The notes beneath the pieces were generated by a model. It did no database searches and had not been told where the DNA came from. It saw nothing but the letters and a program-made list of their open reading frames with translations. A program made the translations under genes and the position numbers. A DNA stretch of 61,472 nucleotides, counting the filler, from Sphacelaria rigidula (Eukaryota): the NCBI GenBank assembly GCA_964200075.2. It is 11 parts of 11 records of this genome, joined end to end, with 100 filler letters (N's around TTAATTAATTAA, not from the genome) between each part and the next. Parts side by side here need not be neighbours in the genome. Positions count along the whole stretch, not along the records: positions 55,976 to 61,472 come from CAXNAA020026844.1; 10 more parts are not named here. One strand, given 5' to 3'. Of the stretch, positions 60,078 to 61,472 are shown piece by piece (position 1 is the first letter of the stretch; each line of letters opens with the position of its first letter).

Positions 60078-60212
60078 GGAGAAGGAAAAATCCCATGCAT
60101 ACATATATACCCTACGAGAAATCAACGACGCGAGCAGCATGAAAACACAAGAGACATATCTTATACATACTCTGCAAGCAATACACAGAACTGCTTCAAG
60201 CTATCCGAGAAG

Positions 60213-60428
60213 CTAATGGGGGCTAGATGGTACAGACGGTGCCGGAGTTGAGCTGCGAGGCCGCCTTCCAAGAAACCGCGATAGAAGTCCTCGTTTGGGC
60301 GGGGCGGCGCCGGCGCTATCGCTGGTGGCGGATTCTGCCGAGGACGCCGCCGTGGTACTGCGGGCGACTTTCCCAAGTCGACCCGAGCCGGCATTCCCTC
60401 GCTGAGCCAGCAACGCTTCCAAGGCGTC
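60213..60428 (-). CDS. Candidate exon (possibly terminal) of an unknown gene
   Basis: Acceptor tacgcag at 60429, then a GC-rich open frame DALEALLAQRGNAGSGRLGKVARSTTAASSAESATSDSAGAAPPKRGLLSRFLGRRPR..* An alternative frame is also open, so the frame is uncertain. Confidence 0.4.
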   Translation of the reverse strand, partial: DALEALLAQRGNAGSGRLGKVARSTTAASSAESATSDSAGAAPPKRGLLSRFLGRRPRSSTPAPSVPSSPH

Positions 60429-61472
60429 CTGCGTATCAGAGTGATATTTTTCAAGTTACATTGATGTACTCATTATCATGCATGCCATAGTCATCAGACC
60501 ATTGATGGAGGAAGACAAAACAAACAAAACAAGAAGCAAACGTGTACACGTGTGTAGTATGTATAACTAACTGTACACCGTACACACGTTCTCGACTTTC
60601 GTTTTCGCATCTTGTACAACAAACGTTAGTGTTGTATGAAACAGGAGTATTGAATTCAAACCGCCACAGCGTATGCATCGGGCACCGACCAACTCAGATT
60701 CGTGGACGCCGTGCACTGTCGCAAAGTGTTGAAATATCCAACCAATTAGTGCTTCGATAAGATATCGACTTTTTCAGCGTTCGACAACGATCATTTTCGA
60801 TTAATTTCGGCGAGGCCTGACCTTGGCGAGCGCAGCGAGTCCGCTCGCTGTGCGAGCCCGAAAAGCTCCCCCCCCGCCTCGTGAGGCGGCCCCGCTGGAG
60901 GCGCCACCGGAGGCGAAAAAATTGGGATACAGTACATGGCTTCATTATATATTCCAATCGAAATTGGCCTAGTCAAGGTCTCCTAGCCTAGGAGAAAACG
61001 TGTCCAGATTCGATAAAACCCGATAGTGACACCGCACGTTTCATCGTTTCACAGAAATGTTTTCGATGCGATAACGACAACAATATTTCGATACGATATC
61101 CAACACTACTGTCGTATCATCGTGTTCTGAATTTGATCTTGAACAAAGTAACGCTTGCGTTGAATCGGAGCTCCAGAATAAACTGAAGAGACGATATTGT
61201 TGGAAGACCTCGGCCCTTGAGCACGAACCGTTTGGGCTCTTTCACCACACAGGCAGTGGTTCACAGAATTCGATACACAAAATGGTGCATTGGCATATAT
61301 GGGCTCAAATGGAGTACGACAAAACTGCTTCGCGGTGAAAGTGGTAAAGGTGGCTCAAGGGGCCCTACAGACTGGAAAACGGTGTTCACCCCCCCAATTT
61401 CCCGAAAACCTCATTCTGGGCGACCGGGGGGGGGGGGGGGGGGGCCCCATTTTTGGGGGGGGGTCCCCCCCC

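Overview
This window is not one locus. It is 11 unrelated, size-sorted contigs (5,498 bp x5, then 5,497 bp x6) joined by an artificial 100-bp linker (44 N + TTAATTAATTAA + 44 N), so no adjacency across linkers is meaningful. The DNA is eukaryotic, repeat-rich and mostly intronic or intergenic. The repeat style and short exons suggest a stramenopile, probably a brown alga (inference, not proven). Recognisable host genes are limited to a head-to-head pair, the 5' exons of a TAD2/ADAT2-like tRNA adenosine deaminase (minus) and a DNAJC9-like J-domain gene (plus), plus two orphan exons. The rest is transposon material: a decayed IS630/Tc1/mariner-type transposase with a very long D2-to-E spacer, an intron-containing BED-finger hAT-like transposase fragment, a Ty1/copia RNase H remnant with polypurine tract and candidate LTR, a non-LTR (LINE) reverse transcriptase remnant, tRNA-derived SINE heads, and many MITEs or fold-backs with TA, TTAA or 8-bp target duplications. 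No CRISPR array or operon-like system is supported. The best candidates for a second look are: (1) a mirror-symmetric inverted repeat that may form the shared promoter of the TAD2/DnaJ pair, (2) a 120-bp (40-aa) tandem array that flips orientation at a sharp junction, (3) pogo-like elements with a Cys/His finger upstream of the HTH, and (4) the DD~216E transposase.
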